The position numbers and the translations under genes are program-made. From contig OY969100.1 in the NCBI GenBank assembly GCA_963697895.1, positions 288,001 to 352,000 of the forward strand: a DNA stretch of 64,000 nt. The letters are read 5' to 3'. Below are positions 41,387 through 51,051 of the stretch, in pieces (position 1 is the first letter of the stretch; each line of letters begins with the position of its first letter). Origin of the DNA: an uncultured Methanomicrobiales archaeon. Lineage in GTDB: Archaea; Halobacteriota; Methanomicrobia; Methanomicrobiales; Methanospirillaceae. A model generated the notes under the pieces. It worked only from the letters and a program-made list of their open reading frames with translations, ran no database searches and had not been told where the DNA came from.

Positions 41387-42412
41387 TTACCGGACCTGAT
41401 ATCGCAGCAGTGCGGCGATCCCGCCCAGCGCATCGAGTTGCTTTCCCGGGTCGAAACTGCTTGAAAATACCGTGACCTGTGCATGAGTCAGCTCTGCCCG
41501 TTCCATGAGGTGGACGATCAGCGGATCCCGTATCAGGGTATCTGAAACCAGCAGCTGTTCTGCCGCTCCAAATTCGATCGCCTGCGAAACCTCTGCGCGA
41601 CCATACGCGACTGGAAGGTCCTTGGCTATGCGGGTCAGGAATGCATCCATCAACTGCACTTCCCGGGAGAGCTGGAGGTCGCCCGCAAGCCGGTCGAGGA
41701 TCGCATCTCCGATCACCTCCTGAACCGCTCCGGCGCCGATCCTCCGGGTCTCCGCTAAAACCGCCTTTTCTGCGAGGTCGGGGTTCCGGGACCGGAGCAG
41801 GCGCATGAAATCATCTTTGATGAACCCCGGGCCGGCGATCACGAGGGGGCCGGTGATCCCCTCGAGATGATCCGCGACCCGTTCGAAGAATGCATTGCGG
41901 GAATCGATCTCGCCGCCCTTGCCGCTGCCCATGGTGATCGTGACTATCCCTTCCGGCCCGTACTGCCGCATCCTGAAGAGTTCGGCTTCTCCCTCCTCGA
42001 TCGTCAGAATGTGAACCACCGCAAAGACAGACGCCTTAACCGCACGATCAATACGCCCGAGGTCGATCGGGAGCCAGTGTTTTACGACCGAGATCTCGTA
42101 GCCCGGTTCGATGTTAAGCGTGTGGTGTGCTCCGGAATCCGGACCGCATTCGATCACCCCGGATATCCGGAGCCTGATTGCATATCCGTGGAATTCCAGT
42201 TTCTCCACCCGGATGCCAAGCCTGACCGCTTTTTTTTCCGGTTTTTCCGGCCTGATCTTATCGGCGACCGTCTCGACGGTACGGAGCGTGGTCGCGAATA
42301 CGAGGTCCCCCGGGGCGACCAGGTGCTCGAGGTGCCAGAGATCGTCGATATTTTCCGGAAACAGGCGAATTTCGCCGAACGAGTGCTGCAACTCACCCAT
42401 CTCTGCCTTCAT
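41387..42412 (-). CDS. pelA: mRNA surveillance protein pelota
   Basis: PENIDDLWHL, GAHHT, AGPGFIKD, LGGIAALLRY. Confidence 0.95.
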   Translation of the reverse strand: MKAEMGELQHSFGEIRLFPENIDDLWHLEHLVAPGDLVFATTLRTVETVADKIRPEKPEKKAVRLGIRVEKLEFHGYAIRLRISGVIECGPDSGAHHTLNIEPGYEISVVKHWLPIDLGRIDRAVKASVFAVVHILTIEEGEAELFRMRQYGPEGIVTITMGSGKGGEIDSRNAFFERVADHLEGITGPLVIAGPGFIKDDFMRLLRSRNPDLAEKAVLAETRRIGAGAVQEVIGDAILDRLAGDLQLSREVQLMDAFLTRIAKDLPVAYGRAEVSQAIEFGAAEQLLVSDTLIRDPLIVHLMERAELTHAQVTVFSSSFDPGKQLDALGGIAALLRYQVR

Positions 42413-44307
42413 GACGACTCCACGATATCGCTTCCCCCTCCCGGGACAAAGGCCGCGACCGCCTCCGTGTTCAGCACCGATGAGAGTCCTCTCAACTCTT
42501 CTGCCGGTACTTTTTCCCGTATGAGCCGGAGCACCTTCTTTGCCGTATCATTCGGTTCGAACTGACCGGGACGGAGTGCGATCCATGCCCGGGCACGCGA
42601 CCTGACCGCGCTGACGGGGCCCCCGATGACTGCCAGCTCCGGATTCGTGACCAGACCGATCGCAACGCCGAGGGGGACATTTCTCAGGTAATTCCGCTCA
42701 CCCCGGACGATAAAAGACCCGCGGCTAACATATTCACCCGCTTCGGGGGTCTTGCTCACCTGATCGGGCGCTACACTATAAACGTCCGCGCTGAAATGGC
42801 CACTTTTCCAGGCTCCCGAGTAAGAGGCGGCAAACACCGCGACCTCGTCCATGTACATGGTCCTGCCTTTCACGATCACGACACTCGCCCCATGGACATC
42901 CGCGTGGACAAATGTATCCCCCCCTTCCATGTACCTCTTCACCAGCTCCTCGTTCTGGGATGCGTCCCTTCCCCCCAGTACCAGAATATTATCCGTTGTA
43001 AAAAACCAGCGGAACCGGTGATACCATCTCTTTTTCAACACCGGGGCTTTCGTGGATTTTTTTTGCGGAAGGGCAATCGTCCGGGAGAGAGCGGCCCGTG
43101 CTCCTGCAATCTTCTTTTTATATTTTTTAATCAGGTCATAATAACGCCCGATATTTGCCTCAACCTTTTCATGCACGTGAATTGCCACCCGCGGACCGAG
43201 ATCGAGGTCTATAATCGCGGATTCCGGATGAACGGCAAGTATTTTTGCTGCTGCCCCGTCACGGTTCGATTTGAGAACCGCTTCGATCTCCTGCCATGAC
43301 ATCCGGGTGCTTGCCTCCCCGAGGGTCCGGATCATATCGGACACGAGCGGGTAGTGTTCATAGACCGCCTCCACAATCCGTTCGTACTCCCGGCATTTCC
43401 GCTCGAACTTCACGATCGCCTGCTCCTGCTGTCTCCGGATCATCTCTGCATTAGACAGGCGCACGTTCCGTTTTGCAACCTTTTCATGACCCTTTTCCAA
43501 TGAAGGATAGAACAACGCGAGGGCTTCATTGAATGTAGGACAGGGGCCGGCCGCTGCCTCGCGGTCATCGAGTGGGAACGGAAGACAGGCATCTTTCGTC
43601 GTAACCGGGCATCGATCATGTTCTGCACGATCCATAAGTTCTCTGACAGCCAGATAGATCCGTTCCGGGTCTGCCTGCGATGCCGGGGTATCTTTGGCGA
43701 TCCCGGCATAACGGCATATGTATTCGGCGTATATGCCCCCAAACATCGCACCAACTGCGAGGGCACGTACGATGTCCCGGTCATCACCTTTCAGGAATTC
43801 TCCGAACTCCTCCTCGGTCCAGGCGCCCGGATCGGCATCGGAAAACTGGTAAACCACGCCGGGGACCACCTCACGGTCTTTGAACCGGTGATGGTGCAGG
43901 GGTTTTATGATGGTATAATCCTCCCCGCAGAGGACGATATTCCCGTCATCGAAGAGTTCTATGATGAGATGGGTGGTCTCAAGGTGCTTTCCGATGTCGA
44001 TGATGACTATCCGCTGGATACCCTGCTGCCTGATCCCGAGTACCTTTCCTCCGCTGAGATGTTTCCGGAGAAGCATCGCAAAGGAAGGGGGAAGGGTGGG
44101 GGGTTCCGGGAATCCGGGAACCAGATGCATACGCCGCCCCGATTCCACGATAAGCGGGTATTTGGCATGTTGAAGACCATTGAGCCGGATGCCGAACGTT
44201 TTCGGGTTGAACTGGTAGATCTTGTCCATCCAGAGAGGAAGAAGTCCGGAGAGTTCCCTGGTCACCGCCCGAAGATCCACGCCGCTCATACCCTGCATCG
44301 TTGCCAT
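42409..44307 (-). CDS. rqcH: Ribosome rescue protein RqcH (Rqc2/NEMF)
   Basis: FAMLLRKHL, ELFDDGN, WYHRFRWF, GGRDASQNE, VSKTPEAGEY. Confidence 0.93.
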   Translation of the reverse strand: MATMQGMSGVDLRAVTRELSGLLPLWMDKIYQFNPKTFGIRLNGLQHAKYPLIVESGRRMHLVPGFPEPPTLPPSFAMLLRKHLSGGKVLGIRQQGIQRIVIIDIGKHLETTHLIIELFDDGNIVLCGEDYTIIKPLHHHRFKDREVVPGVVYQFSDADPGAWTEEEFGEFLKGDDRDIVRALAVGAMFGGIYAEYICRYAGIAKDTPASQADPERIYLAVRELMDRAEHDRCPVTTKDACLPFPLDDREAAAGPCPTFNEALALFYPSLEKGHEKVAKRNVRLSNAEMIRRQQEQAIVKFERKCREYERIVEAVYEHYPLVSDMIRTLGEASTRMSWQEIEAVLKSNRDGAAAKILAVHPESAIIDLDLGPRVAIHVHEKVEANIGRYYDLIKKYKKKIAGARAALSRTIALPQKKSTKAPVLKKRWYHRFRWFFTTDNILVLGGRDASQNEELVKRYMEGGDTFVHADVHGASVVIVKGRTMYMDEVAVFAASYSGAWKSGHFSADVYSVAPDQVSKTPEAGEYVSRGSFIVRGERNYLRNVPLGVAIGLVTNPELAVIGGPVSAVRSRARAWIALRPGQFEPNDTAKKVLRLIREKVPAEELRGLSSVLNTEAVAAFVPGGGSDIVESS

Positions 44308-44364
44308 CGCTATACCAACATAGATATGGCTTCAGCGCTAAAAAATAGGTCTACTGGTGTCGTG

Positions 44365-44724
44365 ATGAGTGACGAAAAGATCGAAGAACGTCCCGAGCCT
44401 TCGTACCGGAAACTCACCCCGGCGGAGAAACAACGGGATCATGTGAACAGAATCAAACGGACACTGGTGGGAAGCCTTCTCGGGATCGTAACCGGCATCA
44501 TTTCGTTTCTGGTTGTCGGGACCCAGATCATCGGCCTGCAGAATTACACCTTCCTCGCCCTGTTCATCATGCTCGCCGGAATCGTTGTGCAGCGGCATAT
44601 CTTCACATTCATGAAACTCACCACTCCCCAGCTGGGGACCAAGGACTGGATCTACCAGGGCTTCATGACATTTGCGTTCTGGTTCATCTCATGGACGCTG
44701 CTCCTGACAGCTTTTTCACCGTGA
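44365..44724 (+). CDS. EMC6-like small membrane protein (three TM helices)
   Basis: KDWIYQGFMTFAFWFISWTLLL; lies upstream of ABCE1. Confidence 0.75.
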   Translation: MSDEKIEERPEPSYRKLTPAEKQRDHVNRIKRTLVGSLLGIVTGIISFLVVGTQIIGLQNYTFLALFIMLAGIVVQRHIFTFMKLTTPQLGTKDWIYQGFMTFAFWFISWTLLLTAFSP

Positions 44725-44730
44725 CTGGCC

Positions 44731-46513
44731 ATGCGAATCGCGATCGTTCACCGTGACCGCTGTCATTCGCGGAAATGCGGTACCGAATGCATCCTCTATT
44801 GTCCGCGTGTCCGGACCGGGGATGAGACGGTAATCATCGGGGAGGACGGGAAAGCAGAGATCTCCGAAGAGGCTCTGTGTAGGGTGCGGGATCTGCATCA
44901 AAAAGTGTCCGTTCGGGGCGATTGACATCGTAAGTCTCCCGGAAGAGCTCGAGCACCCGACCCACCGGTATGGAAAGAACGGGTTTGCCCTGTACGGGCT
45001 GCCGACACCGGTGGAGGGGAAGGTGACCGGGGTGCTCGGGGCGAACGGTATCGGGAAAAGCACCGCGGTGAAGATACTCTCCGGCCAGATGAAACCGAAT
45101 CTCGGGGAACCGGATCGGGAAGCAGCATGGGATGAGATCCTGAAGAAGTATGCCGGTACCGAGCTCTTCGATTATCTCCAGAGCGTTTCACGGAAACAGG
45201 TAAAGGTTTCGGTCAAACCTCAGTATATCGATCAGATACCCCGGCTCTTCTCAGGAACTGTGGCTGAGCTGCTCAGAACCACGGATGAACGGGGATCGCT
45301 TCGGGCCTATATCGACGCGATGAGCCTGCGGCCGGTTATGGAGAGCGAGATTACCACGCTTTCCGGCGGTGAACTCCAACGAATCGCTATTATCGCCTGC
45401 CTGGCCCGTGAGGCAGATTTTTATTTTCTCGACGAAATAACCCCATTTCTTGATATCCACCAGAGAATGGCAGCCGCACGGCTGATCCGGGAGCGTGCCG
45501 CTGAGCGGCCTATCGTGATCGTCGAACATGACCTTGCGATCCTGGATATGCTTGCAGATACCGTCCATATCGCGTACGGGAAACCGGCCGCCTTCGGCAT
45601 AATAACGCAGCCGAAGGGAGTCCGGGTAGGAATCAACCAGTACCTCGAAGGATATCTCCCCGAAGAGAACGTCCGGTTCCGGGATCATCAGGTCGTCTTC
45701 GATAAACGCGCTCACGGAGAGAAGGAGCACCGGACCACGCTCTTCCCGATCCCCCCGATGACAAAGTCCTATGATCGGTTCCGGCTGGAAGTATCCGGGG
45801 GAGAGGTCAGGGCCGGTGAAGTACTCGGGGTCGTCGGCGCAAACGGAATCGGAAAGAGCACATTTGCCAAACTGCTTGCCGGGGTTGAAATACCGGACAG
45901 GGGTCCGATCGAGACCACCCTCCGGGTATCGTACAAACCCCAGTATATCAAGCCGAGTACATCCGACACGGTGGAATTCTATCTCCGGAACATTACCAAA
46001 CGGTTCGATACCGGGTTGTACCAGCATGACATCATAGAACCCCTCTCGCTCGGTCCCATTCTCCAGTCGCCGATCGACACGCTCTCGGGAGGGGAATTGC
46101 AGCGTGTCGCCATCGCTTCCTGCCTTTCCCACGATGCAGATCTCTACATCCTCGACGAACCGAGTGCACATCTGGATGTCGAACAACGGGTGAAGATAAC
46201 CCGGATGTTCCGCCATCATGTGGACGGGCGTGAGGCGGCGATACTGGTGATCGACCATGATATCTACCTGATCGACATGATCAGCGAACGGATCCTCGTG
46301 TTTGACGGGGTTCCCGGTTCCCGTGGCGAGGCAACCGGTCCCTTTGATATGCGCGAAGGAATGAACCGTTTCCTCCGGCAGCTGCAGGTGACGTTCCGGC
46401 GTGACCGGAGCGGACGGCCACGGATTAATAAGCCCGATTCCTATCTGGACCGGGAACAGAAGGCGAACCAGGAGTACTATTATTATATCGATCGGGAGAG
46501 CGGGGAGTCATAG
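44731..46513 (+). CDS. ABCE1/RLI ribosome-splitting ATPase (+1 frameshift at about 44871)
   Basis: FeS domain C-x4-C-x3-C-x3-CP, then CVGCGICIKKCPF after repair; two GANGIGKST and two LSGGELQR. Confidence 0.96.
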
Positions 46514-46711
46514 ATCTCCCGCAACTGACCGGGTAAAAATGAAATTACCGGTCCTCGCAGTCTGAGATCTCCCATCTGTCCCTTGCAAGTTTTCCCGGTG
46601 AGACCCACAATGATCGGGAAATCAGGATAATTGCGATGCTATGATCCTGGGTGCCGTCAGAAAAATAGGGTTCAGTGCCTGGATTAAAAAATAAAAATAA
46701 AAATAGAGGGA

Positions 46712-49483
46712 TTATTCTTGGTAAACAACCTCGGTGTAGACCGGCTGGCCGGGTTCAGGGGGCTTTCTCTTTCTGGACCAGTAATACAACCCGATCATGA
46801 CAGCGACGATCGCTGCCAGGATCAACGGAACGAAATATACCCAGGGGAAAGGTCCCCCTGGTGAAGCCGGCGTAGTGGGGGGGGCTGTTGTCTCCGGCGT
46901 CGCGGTAGTTGGCGGCGTCGCCCCGGCAATCTGGAAGAGTGCATAGGTCCCCGCACGGGTAACCGGAGCGCTCACGGTGCGATTGACCTGATCCACCGTT
47001 GACGGCAGGTTGATCCAGCTCGTATTCGCAGTATCCCACCATCTCATTATCAGATCGCTGTTCTGGAGATTCTCCCAGTCGGATGGGGCAATGGTGAATT
47101 TCAGGGTGGCTCCGGGATCAAAAATTCCGCAATCCGGGGTGATAGCGTATGCATAGCCGGCAAAGATGAAGAGGTCCGCATCGGAGACCGGGGGAAGGGA
47201 TTCTATGGGCAGTCTCGTGATGGTAAGGTTTGTGAGTGACTCATTGCCGCAGGAGAGTTTCACCCCTGCCCCAATCGATAGCGTTGCCATTCCATCATCT
47301 GATGTGATATCAACGGGCTGTGTGGTGACACCATCCGGCCCGACGGGGAGTCCTCCCGTGCCGATCGGTATCGTGGGGATCGGTGTAGGCGTAGGGGTCG
47401 TCTCTTCCGAATACCCTCCGCCGCCACCTCCGCCGCCTCCGCCGCCACCGCTCGAGTATATAGTGATATAATTGGTCTTCGTGATATTCGAGGATCCGGC
47501 ACTGTTGGATACCTCAAGGGTGATGTTATAAACACCCTGGTAAAACACGTGCGAAGGGTTTTTCTCGCTCGATGTGGCACCGCCCCCGAAGTTCCACGAC
47601 CAGTTTGTCGGATTATTTGTCGACAGGTCCGTGAACTGTACGGATTGTGGAGAATACCCGCTTAATGGGTTTGCGGAGAAGTTTGCCAGCGGCGGTATCG
47701 GAAGTGAAACCGTGATATAATTTACTTTTGAGACCGAGCTTATGGCACCAGTTGCGTTCTGCACCGTAAGAGTCACGGTGTAGTTTCCGATATCACCGAA
47801 TATATGGGAGGGGTTCTGCTCCGTTCCATTTGCAGTGCCATCCCCGAAATCCCACTCCCAGCTGTTCGGGGAATCTGTGGACAGGTCGGTGAACTGGATT
47901 GTGAGCGGAACAAAACCGGCTGTCTGGTCTGATGTGAAGTTGGCCGTCAGATTCTGGCCAGGAGTTTCGTTCACGATGATGTATCCGGTTTTCGATACGG
48001 TGTTCAAACCTGCAGCGTTCGCTACGGTAAGGGTGACATCGAACATGCCTGCGTACTGATAGATATGAGACGGGCTCCTGACCGAATCGTTCGGGGATCC
48101 GTCACCGAAGTCCCATTGCCAGGAAAGGGGGACACCCGTGGACAGGTCCTTGAAAGTCACCATCATCGGTGCATTCCCTGAACGTGGGGAGCCGCTGAAA
48201 TTCGCGGTGGGGGGGATGGGTGTGCCGGGTACACGGAGGTCCAGGGGGGTAACCTCCCCGCTGGTGAACGGGAAGGTGAGAACCCAGTTTGTTCCATCAA
48301 ATGCCTCTGCCGGGACATCATTTACTATGAAGGAGATGGGGGCGCCTTCCTCGAGGGCTCCCTGAACAACCAATTTCCGCTCGTGGAATCCGGGCTTCCC
48401 ATACTGCCCCGAGATGATCGTGGTAATGGGATTCCCCGGTACATCTGTCACGATACCCTCTGCCACCGCCTTTACCTCGGATGATACCGGTGCCGGTGAT
48501 CCCTGGAGGGTAAGGTTGCCATAGAAGGCCTGCGGGAGCGGCGGGACACCTGGGTTCTGGACCTGGATGAAGTCAGTTCTTTCGGTGGTCGAACTCCCGT
48601 CACAACAATTGGTGACCGTGAGCGTTACGGAATAGTTACCGGGTGTATTGTAGGAGTGCACGGGGTTTTGGACCGTGCTATTCGGTGTATTGTCCCCGAA
48701 ACTCCATTGCCATGTTATAGGATCGCCGGTCGAACTGTCATTGAAGTGAACGGTGAGCGGAGAGGAACCGGTTATGGGAACCGCTATGAAATCTGCCTGG
48801 AGCGGGACCGCACCGACAGAAAGGGTTTTCGAAAGAACGGACTGGTTATTGACAGTGAGGGCAACCTGGACATTCCCTGTTTCAAAACCGCTGACATCGA
48901 TGGGTATGGAGAAATCATCCGGACCCTCTTTCTCGAAACTGAGGGTAAAGGTTGCGATAATTTTCGTCGCACCAGAGGCCGCGGTGCCGGAAAAGAGCGC
49001 CGAATGCTCTTCATCGGGCTCGAACTCCGGCAAAGTGGTCTCAAGGTGGGAGATATCCTGTAAAAAGATTCCCCCCTCAGATGGACCCTCCACGATATAA
49101 CTCATATCCTGCGTCGAGTTATCCGGGTCATGCTCGGAGAGGGTGAACCTGTTATCGGCGGTGTTCTCGAGTCTGACAGTGGCATTCCCTTCTGTAAGTA
49201 TCACCGGCCACGTCATGTTGGTGAGATTGAAGAAGAACTCCATCCCCGGGTCGGAACATATGGTGCCATTGACTTCGAGGATGACCGGGGTGTCATTGGG
49301 AAGTCCTTCGATATCGACGATAAACTCGCCCCCGGGTATAATATGATCAGGTTCCACGGTCACCGAGGCAGCGCTGCAGGAACCGAAAAAAAGGCAGGTT
49401 AATATAAGGATGAAACATCCTACCAACAGTTGAGAAAAGATCTTATCATGCCCTGGGGTTACTCGTTCACGGAAACTCACCAT
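46712..49483 (-). CDS. PKD-repeat cell-surface protein
   Basis: Signal peptide, four WxWxFG PKD repeats, poly-Gly and Pro/Thr linkers, C-terminal TM helix plus RKRK. Confidence 0.9.
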   Translation of the reverse strand: MVSFRERVTPGHDKIFSQLLVGCFILILTCLFFGSCSAASVTVEPDHIIPGGEFIVDIEGLPNDTPVILEVNGTICSDPGMEFFFNLTNMTWPVILTEGNATVRLENTADNRFTLSEHDPDNSTQDMSYIVEGPSEGGIFLQDISHLETTLPEFEPDEEHSALFSGTAASGATKIIATFTLSFEKEGPDDFSIPIDVSGFETGNVQVALTVNNQSVLSKTLSVGAVPLQADFIAVPITGSSPLTVHFNDSSTGDPITWQWSFGDNTPNSTVQNPVHSYNTPGNYSVTLTVTNCCDGSSTTERTDFIQVQNPGVPPLPQAFYGNLTLQGSPAPVSSEVKAVAEGIVTDVPGNPITTIISGQYGKPGFHERKLVVQGALEEGAPISFIVNDVPAEAFDGTNWVLTFPFTSGEVTPLDLRVPGTPIPPTANFSGSPRSGNAPMMVTFKDLSTGVPLSWQWDFGDGSPNDSVRSPSHIYQYAGMFDVTLTVANAAGLNTVSKTGYIIVNETPGQNLTANFTSDQTAGFVPLTIQFTDLSTDSPNSWEWDFGDGTANGTEQNPSHIFGDIGNYTVTLTVQNATGAISSVSKVNYITVSLPIPPLANFSANPLSGYSPQSVQFTDLSTNNPTNWSWNFGGGATSSEKNPSHVFYQGVYNITLEVSNSAGSSNITKTNYITIYSSGGGGGGGGGGGGYSEETTPTPTPIPTIPIGTGGLPVGPDGVTTQPVDITSDDGMATLSIGAGVKLSCGNESLTNLTITRLPIESLPPVSDADLFIFAGYAYAITPDCGIFDPGATLKFTIAPSDWENLQNSDLIMRWWDTANTSWINLPSTVDQVNRTVSAPVTRAGTYALFQIAGATPPTTATPETTAPPTTPASPGGPFPWVYFVPLILAAIVAVMIGLYYWSRKRKPPEPGQPVYTEVVYQE

Positions 49484-49875
49484 ACGCCGTTACCTCCCCG
49501 ATTCCGTTCATCGGTTTTTATTCCTTCAAACGCCACCCATCGTTTTCCCTTTCTGCATTCCATCATCATATACCTCGTTCCCATGCCATTATTGTCCATT
49601 CCGGTATTATTCCCGCATCTCTCCTACACTCTTCCCCGGTTATGTAACCAGAATTCTCATTTAAGAGGTTAATTCTGGCATTCCTCTTTCCCATCGCTGA
49701 ACCGGAAGAGCTATATAAAGAACCATTGTGGTATGGAACAGATAAAGGTTTGGGATAAAATCAGGGCAATCGGAGTATTTTCGTCCCGCACGTATAAAAA
49801 TTCATAATCAAATTGAATCAGTCCAGAATATTCATGATCTCAGGTCGCGAACCGGGAAAAAATAAAAAAAAAATA

Positions 49876-51051
49876 TTAATTCGTATATGAGGCCTTCCCC
49901 AGCTTTGGTTCGAACGCCAGATCCCCTTCGACCCTGATCGCATGTGAAAAGAGCGCGAGGGGAATATCCATCGGACACAGTTCCTCGCATTGCCCGCAAT
50001 TTACACAGGTGTCAGAGATGTGGGCGAACCGGCGGAGATGAAACATCGGGTTCGGGGGAACTTCACCGCGATCGACCATGTACGACGTACCTTTCAGGGC
50101 ATCCGCCGAGGTGAAACAAACAGGGCAGTTCTCGATGCAGGAGTAACACTTGATGCATCGGGAGGTCTCCCGGTTGATGATACCCCAGGGATCCTTTTTC
50201 AATGCGGCAAAGTCCTTCCTCCTCCACTTGTTTCCGAGCTTGACCATTGCCCCCTCGACCTTCCCCCTCATCTCGATACCCTTCGGGTCGGGACTCGTCG
50301 TTGCGATCGCACCGGATTTTATCGCCCTGCTGAGCAGATGTGCGCCTTTGTCGCTGCAGACCTCAACAAACGTAGCCTTCCCGGCCTTTTCACCGATGAC
50401 CCCCCAGTTTCCGCACGCAAGATCGGCCTGCCGGGGAACCTTGTAGTTACAGCGCCGGCAGTTCGTCCGGCGGCCGTACCCCTTCTCCTCGAGCTCATCA
50501 ATGGAAATGCCTTTATGGCCCCCCTCGTACTCGATGATGAACTGGCCTTTGTCGATCTCTTCCTTATGTACCGTATTCGGATCGACCTGGAACGCATCCT
50601 GGATCATCTTCCTTCCTTTCACCGGGCTCACCGTGCCCCCGCAATTCACTCCGATCAGGAGGAGATTGTCCATGTTGACCTCGTTTCGCTTTGCGAGTTC
50701 TGTAAGGCCCATGAGATCGCAGCCCTTGACGGTCATGGCGATCTTTTTACTCTTTGCACCGTCCAGGTATTTTGCCACATATTTTGATAACAGGAGCGTT
50801 CCGCAATGGAGCGATCCTGCTGTATCCTTGAGATCTTTTGGATCGGTGATCAGCGTCGGCACCGCATCATAGATATCCTGACCTTTCTTCACCGCAACGA
50901 CGGCATCCACCATTCCACTTTCAAGGGCGTATTTCAGCAGGCTTGTTACTGCCCCGCCACATTCCGCATGTTTGGCAATCTCTGCATCTGTGGTCCACGC
51001 GTAGACCATATCACCCTTCTTTTCCCCGGGTTTGTCACCAAAAAGCCCCAT
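49876..51051 (-). CDS. fdhB: F420-dependent formate dehydrogenase beta subunit
   Basis: ECGGAVT, GSLHCG, GVNCGGT, CIKCYSC, CVNCGQC. Confidence 0.95.
   Translation of the reverse strand: MGLFGDKPGEKKGDMVYAWTTDAEIAKHAECGGAVTSLLKYALESGMVDAVVAVKKGQDIYDAVPTLITDPKDLKDTAGSLHCGTLLLSKYVAKYLDGAKSKKIAMTVKGCDLMGLTELAKRNEVNMDNLLLIGVNCGGTVSPVKGRKMIQDAFQVDPNTVHKEEIDKGQFIIEYEGGHKGISIDELEEKGYGRRTNCRRCNYKVPRQADLACGNWGVIGEKAGKATFVEVCSDKGAHLLSRAIKSGAIATTSPDPKGIEMRGKVEGAMVKLGNKWRRKDFAALKKDPWGIINRETSRCIKCYSCIENCPVCFTSADALKGTSYMVDRGEVPPNPMFHLRRFAHISDTCVNCGQCEELCPMDIPLALFSHAIRVEGDLAFEPKLGKASYTN

Noticed and set aside
34064-46513. Pseudogenes or programmed frameshifting in aCPSF1, ABCE1 and other split ORFs
   Set aside because: No slippery sequences or other decay; every break is one extra base in AGCT or GTAC, which fits a systematic sequencing error better.
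47415-47452. GCC-rich microsatellite
   Set aside because: It encodes the poly-Gly linker common in methanogen surface proteins.
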